Below, piece by piece: positions 8,420 through 17,823 of a DNA stretch of 64,000 nt (within the stretch, counting starts at the first letter, position 1; each line of letters opens with the position of its first letter). Position numbers and translations under genes: made by a program. Below the pieces are notes generated by a model. That model ran no database searches and had not been told where the DNA came from. It saw nothing but the letters and a program-made list of their open reading frames with translations. Source of the stretch: an uncultured Spirochaetales bacterium (GTDB lineage Bacteria > Myxococcota_A > UBA9160 > JAFDET01); contig CAYTZH010000010.1 of assembly GCA_964442285.1 (NCBI GenBank), positions 33,516 to 97,515 on the forward strand, in the 5' to 3' direction.

Positions 8420-9589
8420 TTGCTGGAAGATCGGTTGGTGTCACGCGTCGCCCAGTCGCTCCTGGTCCTCGTCCTCGTCCTCGCGATGGTCGAGGTCTCG
8501 CTCCAGGGCTTCTACTTCCTGACCACAGGCGGCTTCCTTCCGCGACGGGTCGCGCTCCCGATGTTCGCGCCCGACCCCGATGCCAGCTTCTGGCTGAAGC
8601 CGGACAACAGCTTCACCCACAAGACCCAGGAGTTCCAGGCGAGTGTCCACGTGAACGGCCAGGGCTTCCGGGTGGCCGACCCCTCGCACCTCCATCCGCT
8701 CGCGAAGCCGCCCGCCACCTTCCGCATCATGCTGCTCGGGGCCTCCTACCCGTTCGGGTGGGGCGTCGACTTCGAGCACTCCTTCGCGGCTCGCCTCGTG
8801 CGCCTGCTCGAGGGAGGAGGCTATGCCGACGGGCTCCCGATCGAGCTGATCAACGCCTGCGTCCCCGGCCTCATCCCCGGCTCGAACCTGGCCTGGTACG
8901 AGAATCAGGGCAGCGCATTCCGGCCCGACCTCGTGATCCAGGTGGTCACGGGCACCATGGCGATCACCGAAGAGCGCAACACGTCCACCGTGGACGAGGA
9001 CGGCTACATCGTCCCGGCCGGCATGACCGCGCGGGGGTGGGCCGAGTACTATCTGAAGAAGCTGGGCATCGTCTTCTATCCCTGGCTCGTGGTCACCCGT
9101 CTCGAGGACCAGCTCCGCGCGTCGGGCGAGGACGCGGCGCCGGTGGAGGAGGTCTCGTCCTTCGAGGGCTTCGACCCGGCGGCTCCGGAGCTCGAGCCGT
9201 CCTTCCGCTTCTACCGGCGCCTGGAGCGCTCCGTCGCGGCCAGCGGCGCGCGCCTGCTGGTGCTCTTCACGCCCGTGAGTCACCGGATCCACCCGGAGGA
9301 CGTGGCGCGCTGGCGCCTGAAGGGCCAGCCGCCCGTCGGAGAGCGGATCGAGTTCAACCGCGATTTCTGCCGCCACCTGTCGGCGACCGGCATCGACTGC
9401 GTGGACGTGACGCCGGCGCTCCTGGCGGCGGCCCGGGCGTCCGACGAGCGACTCTACTACTGGCTCGACAGCCACTGGACGATCCAAGGCAACCGGGTCG
9501 TCGCCGACTCGGTGGCGACGCACATGCTGCCCGGGAGCGGCCCCGCGCCTGCAGACGGGTCGGTCGCCTCCGAGGCGACCCTCCGCTGA
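8420..9589 (+). CDS. Membrane-anchored SGNH/AlgX-AlgJ-like protein (paralog b)
   Basis: ORF 8420..9589, TTG start; alternative starts TTG 8435 and GTG 8438. TM segment SLLVLVLVLAMVEVSLQGFYFL. C-terminal YYWLDSHWTIQGNRVVADSV resembles the D-x-H-W motif of AlgX/AlgJ-type SGNH-like O-acyl-modifying proteins. Confidence 0.65.
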   Translation: MLEDRLVSRVAQSLLVLVLVLAMVEVSLQGFYFLTTGGFLPRRVALPMFAPDPDASFWLKPDNSFTHKTQEFQASVHVNGQGFRVADPSHLHPLAKPPATFRIMLLGASYPFGWGVDFEHSFAARLVRLLEGGGYADGLPIELINACVPGLIPGSNLAWYENQGSAFRPDLVIQVVTGTMAITEERNTSTVDEDGYIVPAGMTARGWAEYYLKKLGIVFYPWLVVTRLEDQLRASGEDAAPVEEVSSFEGFDPAAPELEPSFRFYRRLERSVAASGARLLVLFTPVSHRIHPEDVARWRLKGQPPVGERIEFNRDFCRHLSATGIDCVDVTPALLAAARASDERLYYWLDSHWTIQGNRVVADSVATHMLPGSGPAPADGSVASEATLR

Positions 9590-9612
9590 GGCGAGGCGGC
9601 CCCGCCGGGCCG
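9562..9612. terminator. Two GC-rich hairpins at a convergent gene junction; possible bidirectional terminator, no U-tract
   Basis: Perfect 9-bp inverted repeat GGTCGCCTC-c-GAGGCGACC at 9562..9580, inside the last codons of the + gene. A second hairpin CGGCCC-cgcc-GGGCCG at 9597..9612 lies between the stop codons at 9589 and 9615. Confidence 0.25.
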
Positions 9613-9614
9613 GC

Positions 9615-11264
9615 TCAGCGTCGGCCTTCGGACCGGAGCCGCGCTAGGTTCGACCGGATCTCCGGTCGGTCCGCCAGGGCGAGGGCCCTGCGGTAGTAGG
9701 CCTCCGCCTCCTTCGCGCCGCCGATGCGGAAGTAGGCGGCGTTTCCGAGGTACACGAGGGCGAGAACGTCCTCCGGGTCCTTCTCGATCCGCTCCTCGAG
9801 CTCCTTCACCATACGGTCGTACTTCCAGAGGTCGCGATCCCCGACCCGCGCCGGGTCGAAGCCGATCCCGAGCCATTCTCCGACGTCCAGGGGATCCGCG
9901 GCGAGCTGCTCGAGATCCGCCAGGCGGCCCGCGACGTAGGCATCCAGCGCGAAGTCCGCCGTGGGCGCGGGCACGAGCTCCTCGTCGACCAGCTTCCGGA
10001 ACAGGCCCTCGGCCACCCGCACGTTGCCCTGGGGCGTGAGGTGCACGTAGTCGTAGAAGTCGTCGAAGCCGACGATCCCGCTCTCGGCCTCCTCGGAGAG
10101 GTGCTCGATGGTGTCGAAGAGGGGGAGTCTGCGGTCCTGCGCCACCGCCCGGACCGAGTCGGCCATGCGGTCCAGGGCGCGCCGCAGGTGGGGATCCTCG
10201 TTCATCGACGCGCGGTAGTCCTCGCGCGCGGCGCCGAAGTCCCCCAGCGCGGCCGCCGCCGCGGCGCGGCGGAACAGCAGGTCGTAGCGCTCGTCGGTCC
10301 CGGCGGAGGCGATCCGCTCGTCCAGCACCCGCCGCGCGCGGGCGTACAGGCCCGCCGTGCTAGTGCTCTCGCCGCCGACGAGCTCCGCCGCCCAGCCTTC
10401 TGGCAGGTCTTCGCGGCCGCGCCACTCCCAATTGGCAGCCACGGTCATCGGGATCATCCGGGTGTTCGCCTCGGCGCAGGCGGCGGCCATCGCGTCGATG
10501 TTGTCCCGGTAGCGCGCGACGACCTCGGCGATCTCCTCCGAACTCACCTCGACTTCCTGGATGATGGTGTTCTGGGTGACCCGGAGGTCGTCGTGGGAAA
10601 GGTCCTGGTCGGCCAGCGACGGGGTCTTCGGCGCCCCGCGGATGGCGCGGTTCACGGTGCGGTACAGGTTCGTCCCGATCAGTGCGTCGAGGAGGCCCGT
10701 GGTCCAGCCGGCGCGGGCCTCCGCGAACTTTTCGGCGTGCAGCTCGAGGAACTCGTTGTTGCCGGAGTAGACGAGCACCAGGTCCGGTTCGTAGCGGCGG
10801 GCAGCCTCCGCGACCAGCAGCTTCACCTGCTTCGAGGCCAGGGCCACGATGCCGAGGTTGAGGACCTCGACCCGGCGATCCGGGTAGGCGCGCTCGAGCA
10901 TGCGCGCCAGCTCGCGGCTGAAGGTGGCGTTGGGGCTGTAGCCGAGCCCCGCGGTGGCCGAGCCGCCGAAGCTGAAGACCCGCAGGGAGCTCGCCGGCTT
11001 CTCCCGCAGGATGCGTTGATACGGCAGCCGACGGTCGGCGGTCCGGTAGACCGGTGTGCCGTCGGCCAGCTGCGCCGGCTCCAGGATCGGGAAGTAGATC
11101 TGCTGGTACTTGAGCCGAGACGCCCGGGACGGGTCGGGCGCGCCGATCCCGAGCAACCGGAGACCGCCCTCGACCGCGGCGAGGAACAGCAACGTCACCA
11201 GGACGGACCCGACGAGAAGCAGCAGATTACCGGTCGGGGAGGAGCGGGGCGCCGGCTCGGTCAT
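9615..11264 (-). CDS. Membrane-anchored SGNH-like domain fused to a C-terminal TPR region (paralog c)
   Basis: ORF 9615..11264. TM segment NLLLLVGSVLVTLLFLAAVEGGL. Block I RVFSFGGSATAG and block III LVYSGNNEF. TPR-like tail LALVYLGNAAYFRIGGAKEAEAYYRRALAL. Confidence 0.7.
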   Translation of the reverse strand: MTEPAPRSSPTGNLLLLVGSVLVTLLFLAAVEGGLRLLGIGAPDPSRASRLKYQQIYFPILEPAQLADGTPVYRTADRRLPYQRILREKPASSLRVFSFGGSATAGLGYSPNATFSRELARMLERAYPDRRVEVLNLGIVALASKQVKLLVAEAARRYEPDLVLVYSGNNEFLELHAEKFAEARAGWTTGLLDALIGTNLYRTVNRAIRGAPKTPSLADQDLSHDDLRVTQNTIIQEVEVSSEEIAEVVARYRDNIDAMAAACAEANTRMIPMTVAANWEWRGREDLPEGWAAELVGGESTSTAGLYARARRVLDERIASAGTDERYDLLFRRAAAAAALGDFGAAREDYRASMNEDPHLRRALDRMADSVRAVAQDRRLPLFDTIEHLSEEAESGIVGFDDFYDYVHLTPQGNVRVAEGLFRKLVDEELVPAPTADFALDAYVAGRLADLEQLAADPLDVGEWLGIGFDPARVGDRDLWKYDRMVKELEERIEKDPEDVLALVYLGNAAYFRIGGAKEAEAYYRRALALADRPEIRSNLARLRSEGRR

Positions 11265-11272
11265 GCGGAGGC

Positions 11273-11461
11273 TCAGTCGAATCCGTCGTAGTCGAACGGG
11301 AGCTCATTCTCTTCGCCCGCGAACAGGGCGGTGACCGCGACGCTTCCGAGGAGGATTCCGAGCAGCACGAGCGCGATCATTGCCGCCCGCTTGAGGGTGG
11401 CTCCGAAGGAGGAGCCCGCCGGTGCGGGCTCGGCTGCGGAGGACTGTTTGTCGGAGGCCAT
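11273..11461 (-). CDS. Small single-pass membrane protein (62 aa), hypothetical
   Basis: ORF 11273..11461. Central TM segment AAMIALVLLGILLGSVAVTALFAG and an acidic tail EENELPFDYDGFD. It sits 8 nt upstream of the SGNH-TPR gene and is preceded by a consensus -10 box. Confidence 0.5.
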   Translation of the reverse strand: MASDKQSSAAEPAPAGSSFGATLKRAAMIALVLLGILLGSVAVTALFAGEENELPFDYDGFD

Positions 11462-11470
11462 CGGCGGCGG

Positions 11471-11499
11471 ATTATACGCGCTCGCCAGCGGCCGACCAA
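11471..11499 (-). promoter_or_regulatory. Candidate sigma70-type promoter TTGGTC-N17-TATAAT giving a near-leaderless transcript
   Basis: On the minus strand, TATAAT (11476..11471) is a perfect -10 in a roughly 70% GC context. TTGGTC (11499..11494) lies exactly 17 nt upstream. Only 9 nt separate the -10 from the ATG at 11461. Confidence 0.4.
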
Positions 11500-11581
11500 G
11501 AGCGGATCTTCGTCGCGCGCAACGGGCGCGCAGCCCGTGCGCAGCGGCCCGCCCGGGTCGGGTGAGCTACACCTGCGAGCC

Positions 11582-12802
11582 GTGCAGCCCGGCCTGGATC
11601 GCATCCTTCCCCTCGAGGCGCCCATTCGCAGCTATGCCTGGGGCTCGCGAAGCGTGCTGGCCGAGATGCAGGGTCGACCGACCCCGTCGGCCGAGCCCGA
11701 GGCCGAGCTCTGGGTCGGCGCCCATCCCCTGGCCCCCGCGCGCGTCCGCAGCGGCGCGGGCGAGGTCCCGCTGCCCGACTGGATCGCTTGCGATCCGGAG
11801 GCGGTGCTGGGGACCGACGTGGTGCGGCGCTTCGGCCCGGCGCTTCCGTTCCTGCTCAAGATCCTCGCCGTCGAGCAGCCGCTCTCCCTCCAGGCGCACC
11901 CGGACGCCGCCCAGGCCCGGGCCGGCTTCGAGCGGGAGAACCGCGCAGGCGTCCCTCTGCAGGCGCCCGAGCGCTCCTACAAGGACCCGCAGCCCAAGCC
12001 CGAGCTGGTCTGCGCCCTGACCCCGTTCGAGGCGCTGAAGGGCTTCCGGGAGCCCGGCGAGACCCGTGCCCGGCTCGAGGCCCTCGGGGTGTCCGCGCTC
12101 GCGGCGGCCCTCGCGCCCCTGGTCGAGCGGACCGACGCGGAGGGCTGGCGCGCCAGCTTCGAGAACCTGCTGCGCACGCCCGCCGAGCGGCGGCGGGGAC
12201 TCGTGGCGGCCGTCGTCGCCGCGGCCCGGGAGCGGGCCGACGCGGACGAGGCCTTCTCGTGGGTCGTGCGGCTTGCCGGGGCGCATCCCGAGGACCTCGG
12301 GGTCCTGGCGCCGCTCTACCTCCACTGGGTGCGGCTCGCGCCCGGAGAGGCCCTCTTCCTGCCGGCGGGAGAGCTCCACTGCTACCTCCACGGCACGGCC
12401 CTGGAGCTCATGGCCAACTCCGACAACGTGCTGCGCGGCGGCCTCACGCCGAAGCACGTCGACGTGGACGAGCTGCTCCACATCGGGGTATTCCAGCCGG
12501 GAGACCCCGTGCCCCTGCGTCCCTGCGACGGGGTGTACGCCACGCCGGCGGCCGAGTTCGAGCTGGCGGTGCGCGACGTGGCGCCAGGTGTCCCGGTCCG
12601 CGGCGCCGACCCGGGTGCGGTCGCGCTGCTCCTGTGCACCGCGGGCCGCCTCCGGGTCGTCCCGGAGCGAGGCGAGCCGCTGCCGCTCACCCCGGCGAGC
12701 GCGCTGCTCGTGCCGGCCGCGGCACCCGCCTATCACCTCGAGGGCGACGGGCGCCTGTTCCGGGCCTCGGTTCCGGCGTCGAGCGGGTCGGGAGCGGCCT
12801 AG
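11582..12802 (+). CDS. manA: Mannose-6-phosphate isomerase, class I
   Basis: ORF 11537..12802. I prefer the GTG at 11582, which gives MQPGLDRILPLEAPIRSYAWGS and resembles ManA N-termini (YAWGS). Signature LPFLLKILAVEQPLSLQAHPD. GTG 11537 is an alternative start. Confidence 0.85.
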   Translation: MQPGLDRILPLEAPIRSYAWGSRSVLAEMQGRPTPSAEPEAELWVGAHPLAPARVRSGAGEVPLPDWIACDPEAVLGTDVVRRFGPALPFLLKILAVEQPLSLQAHPDAAQARAGFERENRAGVPLQAPERSYKDPQPKPELVCALTPFEALKGFREPGETRARLEALGVSALAAALAPLVERTDAEGWRASFENLLRTPAERRRGLVAAVVAAARERADADEAFSWVVRLAGAHPEDLGVLAPLYLHWVRLAPGEALFLPAGELHCYLHGTALELMANSDNVLRGGLTPKHVDVDELLHIGVFQPGDPVPLRPCDGVYATPAAEFELAVRDVAPGVPVRGADPGAVALLLCTAGRLRVVPERGEPLPLTPASALLVPAAAPAYHLEGDGRLFRASVPASSGSGAA

Positions 12803-14139
12803 CCCGGCTCCTCGCCGGGGTCCGGGCGTCGGCGGGCGAAGGCGCCCGAGAGGGCCATGCTCGTGAGGCAGGCGGCGGTCATGGAGCCGAGGGTGGCGAT
12901 CGCCGCACCCTTCGCCCCGTAGGACGGGATCAGCAGGAAGTAGAGGACGAGCGCCGAGCTGGCGCCGGCGATCTGGACCACGAGCAGCCGCTCCGTGCGG
13001 CGATGGGCCAGGATCGTGTTGGAGAAGGCGTCCTCGATGCCGCGGACCGCATAGGCGGCACCGATCCAGATGAACAGGTCGCTGCCACCGCGGAACGCCT
13101 CTCCCAGCAGGAGTCCGGCCAGCAGCTCGGACAACAGATAGACCGCCACCAGCCCGCCGGCGAAGATCGCGCCCGAGATTCCGACCCAGGTGAGCAGGGT
13201 GCGCCGCTCCTTGCTTCGATCCGCCGTCGATGCGGCGTCGAACAGGACCGGGCGCAGCGTGTTGCTCACGATGTTCGCCACGACCACGAAGGGCTGGTTC
13301 GCGATGCCGTACGTGGCCGAGTAGATGCCGGCGGACTCCGCCCCCGCCAGCTCCGCCAGGATGTAGCGATCGCTCATGTTGATCACCCAGCCGAGGACGG
13401 CCTGGGGGATCAGGGGGTTGGCGAAGCGCAGGATGTCGCGACGGAGCCGCGTCGTCCAGGACGGGTCCGCGGCGAGCGGATCCCCCGGCACCCGCACCAC
13501 CAGCCTTCGGAAGATGACGTTCACCACGGCCCCGCCCACGAAGTAGCCGAGCAGCACGCTGGCGGCGCTCGGCCCGAAGAGGAGCACGCCGCCCACCGCC
13601 GCCATCATCCGGAGCCAGGCGTCCGAGGCCGCCCACAGGCCGAAGGCGGCCTGTCGGCGCGTGGCGTTGAGCTGGTTCGCCTCGAAGGCGTGCTGCACGT
13701 CCACCAGCAGGACGGCGCACAGGAGCACGAAGGTCACGAACCGGGTCTCGGTCTCCGTCAGGCCGATCCAGAGGGCGCCGCCGACCAGCAGCATGGCGGC
13801 GGTGATCGCATAGCGGCGGCCCAGCATACCGACGAGGAGTCGTCGGAAGTCGGCGATCCGGCCCGCGTTGCGCGCCTCCGGCAGGAACCGCAGGGTGGCG
13901 TGGAGGATCGGGGCGCAGAGGATGTGGTTGCCGAGGAGTGCCAGGCCGCCCAGCAGGACGACCTCGGCGAACACGCTGGGGGAGAGGAGCTCGGTGAGCA
14001 GGCGGAGGCCGACCAGCCGGCCCGCGATCGACAGCAGCTGCGTGGCGGCGACCCAGGCCCCCTGCCGGACCACGGGGGTGTCCCGGAGGCGCTGCAGCAG
14101 CGGGGGACGGGAGGAGCGCGTGGCATCGCCTTCGGGCAC
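12799..14139 (-). CDS. Wzx-type flippase / polysaccharide biosynthesis protein (MOP superfamily)
   Basis: ORF 12799..14139. About 12 hydrophobic segments throughout and a PST-family-like layout. The 3' end overlaps convergent manA by 4 nt. Confidence 0.75.
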   Translation of the reverse strand: MPEGDATRSSRPPLLQRLRDTPVVRQGAWVAATQLLSIAGRLVGLRLLTELLSPSVFAEVVLLGGLALLGNHILCAPILHATLRFLPEARNAGRIADFRRLLVGMLGRRYAITAAMLLVGGALWIGLTETETRFVTFVLLCAVLLVDVQHAFEANQLNATRRQAAFGLWAASDAWLRMMAAVGGVLLFGPSAASVLLGYFVGGAVVNVIFRRLVVRVPGDPLAADPSWTTRLRRDILRFANPLIPQAVLGWVINMSDRYILAELAGAESAGIYSATYGIANQPFVVVANIVSNTLRPVLFDAASTADRSKERRTLLTWVGISGAIFAGGLVAVYLLSELLAGLLLGEAFRGGSDLFIWIGAAYAVRGIEDAFSNTILAHRRTERLLVVQIAGASSALVLYFLLIPSYGAKGAAIATLGSMTAACLTSMALSGAFARRRPDPGEEPG

Positions 14140-14148
14140 GGGTCCCGC

Positions 14149-14940
14149 TCAGGCGCGGCGGAACTCGAAGATGCCGCAGCCGCAGTCCAGGCCGAAGGAG
14201 TCCGTGGCGTCGACCTCCGGGCGGGGGACGTCGGCGTGCAGGTCCCCGGCATCGTCGACGTAGGAGAAGGCCTCCAGGTGCAGCCGCCCCTTGGCCCAGC
14301 CGAGCACCGTGCCGACCGAGATCACCCGATGGCTGTTGAACTCCACCCGCTCCCGTCCGATCGGCACCGAGACGTACAGGATCCCCTCCTCGGCCAGCAT
14401 CGACACGAGTGCGTCGAACGCCCTGCTGTGGCCGACCGCGTCGACGGTGTCCCCGTAGCGGCCGAGTCCGACGTGCTCGATCGCGTGGAGGCTCGACACC
14501 GACTCGCAAGCGCCCCGCCATTCGTCCGGGAGGTCGAGGAGGTCGGCCTGGTGGAAGCGCACGCCGGGCACCCGGCTGGTCTGGGGCCGGATGTCGAGCA
14601 CGTCGATCTCGCGGAAGCTCGCCACGTGGGCCACGAAGCCATCGACCCGGGATCCCACGTCGATGTGGCGCGCGGGCGCGCGCTGGAAGATCCGCCGCGC
14701 CACGTGCAGATCCTGGTGGAAGTAGGCGCCGGAGGCCTCCCCGCTGGCGTCGAAGCGGTCCGCGAGGGCCGGGTAGGAGAACGCCAGCGGAGGGCTCGCC
14801 TCCAGGGTGCGGGCGTGGGCCCGGTAGCGCCGGTAGTCCGAGACGGCTGCGGGCAGGCCCTTGCAGGCGTTCAGGAAACGCAGGGGAACGAAGCCGAAGG
14901 CGTTGAGCCAACGGAGCACGGGCATCAGCCAGCGCTTCAT
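14149..14940 (-). CDS. Putative class I SAM-dependent methyltransferase (DUF268-like)
   Basis: Internal ATG at 14940 of ORF 14149..15600, in an ATGA overlap with the GT11 stop. Sequence MKRWLMPVLRWLNAFGF ... HIDVGSRVDGFVAHVASFREIDVLDIRP ... SLHAIEHVGLGRYGD is consistent with a methyltransferase fold. Confidence 0.5.
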   Translation of the reverse strand: MKRWLMPVLRWLNAFGFVPLRFLNACKGLPAAVSDYRRYRAHARTLEASPPLAFSYPALADRFDASGEASGAYFHQDLHVARRIFQRAPARHIDVGSRVDGFVAHVASFREIDVLDIRPQTSRVPGVRFHQADLLDLPDEWRGACESVSSLHAIEHVGLGRYGDTVDAVGHSRAFDALVSMLAEEGILYVSVPIGRERVEFNSHRVISVGTVLGWAKGRLHLEAFSYVDDAGDLHADVPRPEVDATDSFGLDCGCGIFEFRRA

Positions 14941-15866
14941 CGGAGCTCCTCCTCGGCGGGCAGCACCAGCTCTCCGGGGATCTCTGTCCATCCCTCCGCC
15001 ACCCAGTCCTCGTTCAGGTGGCGTACACAGGACGGGACGATGACGCGTTTTCCTGCAGCCGTCGAGAGCCAGGCCCCCCACCAGCTGAAGGAGCTGTTGG
15101 CCAGGACGAATCGACGGCACTGGGACATCAGCCAGAGGTCCTCGTAGTTCTTCGTCTCTCCGTCGACGGTGTTGTGGGTGACGTGCACGGTGCGGAACGG
15201 GATCTCCAGGTTGGACCGGATCCAGTCGGGATAGTCGGAGAAGCAGTACACGGTCGGGTCGGAGAGCCCCTCGACAGCCAATGCGAGGGCACGCCGGTAG
15301 TAGTCCACCGGGAGGGAGGGGACCGAGGCGGCCGGTCTGGGCGATGCCACGGCGCCGACGCCGTGGAGGCGCCGGGCGTGCAGGCAGACGGCATCGCGGG
15401 AGCGGATCTCCTCGGCCAGGGCGCGATTCGCGGCGTCGTGGGGTGTCACGATGCGGAGCTCCTCGAGAAGCTCGGCCCGGATGTGCCCGAAGTAGCGCTC
15501 GGACTGCCAGTAGCCCTCGAGGTAGGCGCCGTCCCGGGGCGGCGCGGCCAGGAGACGTTCCTCCACGCGGGCCGGCGGCTCCTCGATGTAGGTCCGCCAC
15601 CCGAAGGGGAGCAGCCGCTGGCTCCGGCGAACGACCTTCCGCCGGAGCCGGCCGAGGGTACCGAGGAAGCAGCGGCTGGGATCCGCCTCGCGGACGTCCG
15701 CCGCGAAGTGGTGCAGGAGCGAATGGCCCCGGCCGAAGTTGTCCGTGGCCGCGGCCGAGACGACGTCATAGGCCGGCTCGAGTCCGTGTCGGCTTGCGAT
15801 CCCGCGCAAGGCGGCGTAGATGAAGAGCTGGTTGCCGAGGCCCCCCTGGACGCGGGCGATGATCAC
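14937..15866 (-). CDS. GT11 alpha-1,2-fucosyltransferase
   Basis: ORF 14937..15866. The N-terminal MIIARVQGGLGNQLFIYA and C-terminal LANSSFSWWGAWL motifs are hallmarks of GT11 (FutC/WbgL-type). Confidence 0.85.
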   Translation of the reverse strand: MIIARVQGGLGNQLFIYAALRGIASRHGLEPAYDVVSAAATDNFGRGHSLLHHFAADVREADPSRCFLGTLGRLRRKVVRRSQRLLPFGWRTYIEEPPARVEERLLAAPPRDGAYLEGYWQSERYFGHIRAELLEELRIVTPHDAANRALAEEIRSRDAVCLHARRLHGVGAVASPRPAASVPSLPVDYYRRALALAVEGLSDPTVYCFSDYPDWIRSNLEIPFRTVHVTHNTVDGETKNYEDLWLMSQCRRFVLANSSFSWWGAWLSTAAGKRVIVPSCVRHLNEDWVAEGWTEIPGELVLPAEEELR

Positions 15867-16645
15867 GATGCCGGCCCCGCGCGGAAGCGCTCGGCGAAGC
15901 GGGCGAGGTCGGCCGTCACCTCCTCCCGGGTCAGCAGGTAGGGGCCCGAGCGTCCGAAGACCTCGCCGTGGCGCGTGCGCATGTCGTACCGGGCGTGGGG
16001 CCCCGCGTCGGGATCCGCGGGCGGTAGCGTCACTCCCAGCGCCTCCGCGGCCAGGTCACCCATGCGCGCGGGCTCGGTCGCCAGGTTGAGCAGCGACAGC
16101 CCGGCCGCCAGGGCGGTCTGGAGGTCGTCCCAGAGCCGGCCGACCTCGTAGAACTGCATCACCGCCTCGCCGTCCACGAAGCGGAAGTCGCGGTGCAGGA
16201 TGTCGAAGATCATGTTCTTGCGCAGGCCGTCGCCGAAGAGCCCCGGGAGCCGCACCACCAGCGCCTCGAAGCGCTCGCGGACGAACTGCTCCAGCAGGAA
16301 GCGGTGCAGGCTGTAGGGCCGGAGCCCGGTCTCGTCGATCGGCGTGTCCTCGACCACGGCGTCCACCCGGGGGTAGACGTCGATCGTCGACAGCAGGATG
16401 AAGCGGTCCGCCTGGACCTCCTTCAGGGCGCCGAGCAGGAGATCCAGGGCGCGGCGGTCGGAAGCCGGGTCGCGGTTGGCCTGGAACTTCAGGCTCGACG
16501 GCGCGGCGCAGTAGAGCGCGGCGAACCGCCGTCCGCGGATCTCGTCGATGGTCGTCGAGCGATACGTGCGATCGAAGGCTGCGCGGGACCGCAGCGCGGT
16601 TCCGACGAACCCGCTCGCCCCGATGAGTCCGACCTCTCTGCCCAT
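15863..16645 (-). CDS. NAD(P)-dependent epimerase/reductase (extended SDR-like)
   Basis: ORF 15863..16645. Rossmann motif LIGASGFVG. ATGA overlap with the next gene. Confidence 0.6.
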   Translation of the reverse strand: MGREVGLIGASGFVGTALRSRAAFDRTYRSTTIDEIRGRRFAALYCAAPSSLKFQANRDPASDRRALDLLLGALKEVQADRFILLSTIDVYPRVDAVVEDTPIDETGLRPYSLHRFLLEQFVRERFEALVVRLPGLFGDGLRKNMIFDILHRDFRFVDGEAVMQFYEVGRLWDDLQTALAAGLSLLNLATEPARMGDLAAEALGVTLPPADPDAGPHARYDMRTRHGEVFGRSGPYLLTREEVTADLARFAERFRAGPAS

Positions 16646-16655
16646 GGAAGGTGGA

Positions 16656-17822
16656 TCAGGCGGCGTCGTACTCGCGAATCGCGTGGATGATCCGGTCGAC
16701 GTCGCGGTCGGTGAGGTCCGAGTGGATCGGGATCAGGATCGTGTCCTCGTCGGCCCGAGCGGTCTGCGGCAGGTCTCTCGGGCCCGCGCCGAAGATCGCG
16801 TACCGGTCGTTCCGGCGGTTGTTGACGTTCACCATGATGCCGCGCTCACGCAGGAACTTCGCGAAGGAGAGACGGTCCTGAACGTGGACGGGGAAGATCT
16901 GGAAGTTCGGCGTACGATCGCTCTCGTAGCGCAGCAGGGTCAGCTTCTTCAGCCCCTTCAGCTCGTCGCGGTAGCGCAGGCCGACCTCCCGCCGGCGGGC
17001 GAGCGGGCCGTCGAAGTGCTGCATGCCGACCAGGCCCAGCGTGGCCGTGATGTCGTTCATGTTGTACTTGAAGCCGAGCTCGTCGATCTCGTCGGGGAGC
17101 GGGTCGATGAGGTTGGTCTTCTTCTCCTCGCGATCCACGCCGTACCAGACCTTCCGCTTCAGCTTCTTGTAGTTGTCCTCGCTCGCCGTACAGATCAGTC
17201 CGCCGTCGCCCGCGGTGACGATCTTCACCACCTGGAGCGAGAACGTCACGTAGTCGCCCTTGGCGCCGATGAAATCGTCCCGGTACTTTGCGCCCAGGGC
17301 GTGGGCCGAGTCCTCGACGAGCGGCAGGCCGTGCTTCGCCGCAACGGCCCGCAGGGCGTCCAGGTCGCAGGCGTAGCCGCCGTAGTGGACGCACACGATC
17401 GCCTTCGTCCGGTCCGTGATCCTGGCCTCGACGCTCTCCGGGTCGAGGTTGAGCGTGTCGTAGTCGATGTCGGCGAAGACCGGCGTCGCGCCCTGCTCCA
17501 GGATGGACGTATTGGTGGCGATGAAGGTGTAGGGAGTGCTCACCACCTCGTCGCCCGGGCCCACGCCGATGGCCGCATAGGAGGCGCGAAGCGCGGCGGT
17601 CCCGTTCGTGCACGCCACCACGTAGGGAGAGCCGAAGCGCTGTCGCACGTGCTCGCGGAGCGCCTTCTCCTGCTTGCCGGTGTTGATCCACTTCGAGCGA
17701 AGGACCTCGGTCACGGCCGGCCCCGCCTCGTCGGGGACGTAGGTCGACCACGGACGGATCAGCTCCTCCCCGAACTCGTAGTCCTTGCGGTCCGCCACGG
17801 ACGGCTTGGCAACACTCGACAT
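16656..17822 (-). CDS. DegT/DnrJ/EryC1/StrS-family sugar aminotransferase (PLP-dependent)
   Basis: ORF 16656..17822. Motifs ACTNGTAALRASY, DEVVSTPYTFIATN, and VTFSLQVVKIVTAGDGG carrying the catalytic Lys. Confidence 0.85.
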   Translation of the reverse strand: MSSVAKPSVADRKDYEFGEELIRPWSTYVPDEAGPAVTEVLRSKWINTGKQEKALREHVRQRFGSPYVVACTNGTAALRASYAAIGVGPGDEVVSTPYTFIATNTSILEQGATPVFADIDYDTLNLDPESVEARITDRTKAIVCVHYGGYACDLDALRAVAAKHGLPLVEDSAHALGAKYRDDFIGAKGDYVTFSLQVVKIVTAGDGGLICTASEDNYKKLKRKVWYGVDREEKKTNLIDPLPDEIDELGFKYNMNDITATLGLVGMQHFDGPLARRREVGLRYRDELKGLKKLTLLRYESDRTPNFQIFPVHVQDRLSFAKFLRERGIMVNVNNRRNDRYAIFGAGPRDLPQTARADEDTILIPIHSDLTDRDVDRIIHAIREYDAA

Positions 17823-17823
17823 C

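Noticed and set aside
11567-15147. Giant ORFs 11567..14911(-) of 1114 aa and 11788..15147(+) of 1119 aa
   Set aside because: Both are Arg/Pro/Gly/Ala-dominated. They run across four well-supported genes on both strands (manA, flippase, methyltransferase-like, GT11). Stop-poor alternative frames are expected at about 70% GC.
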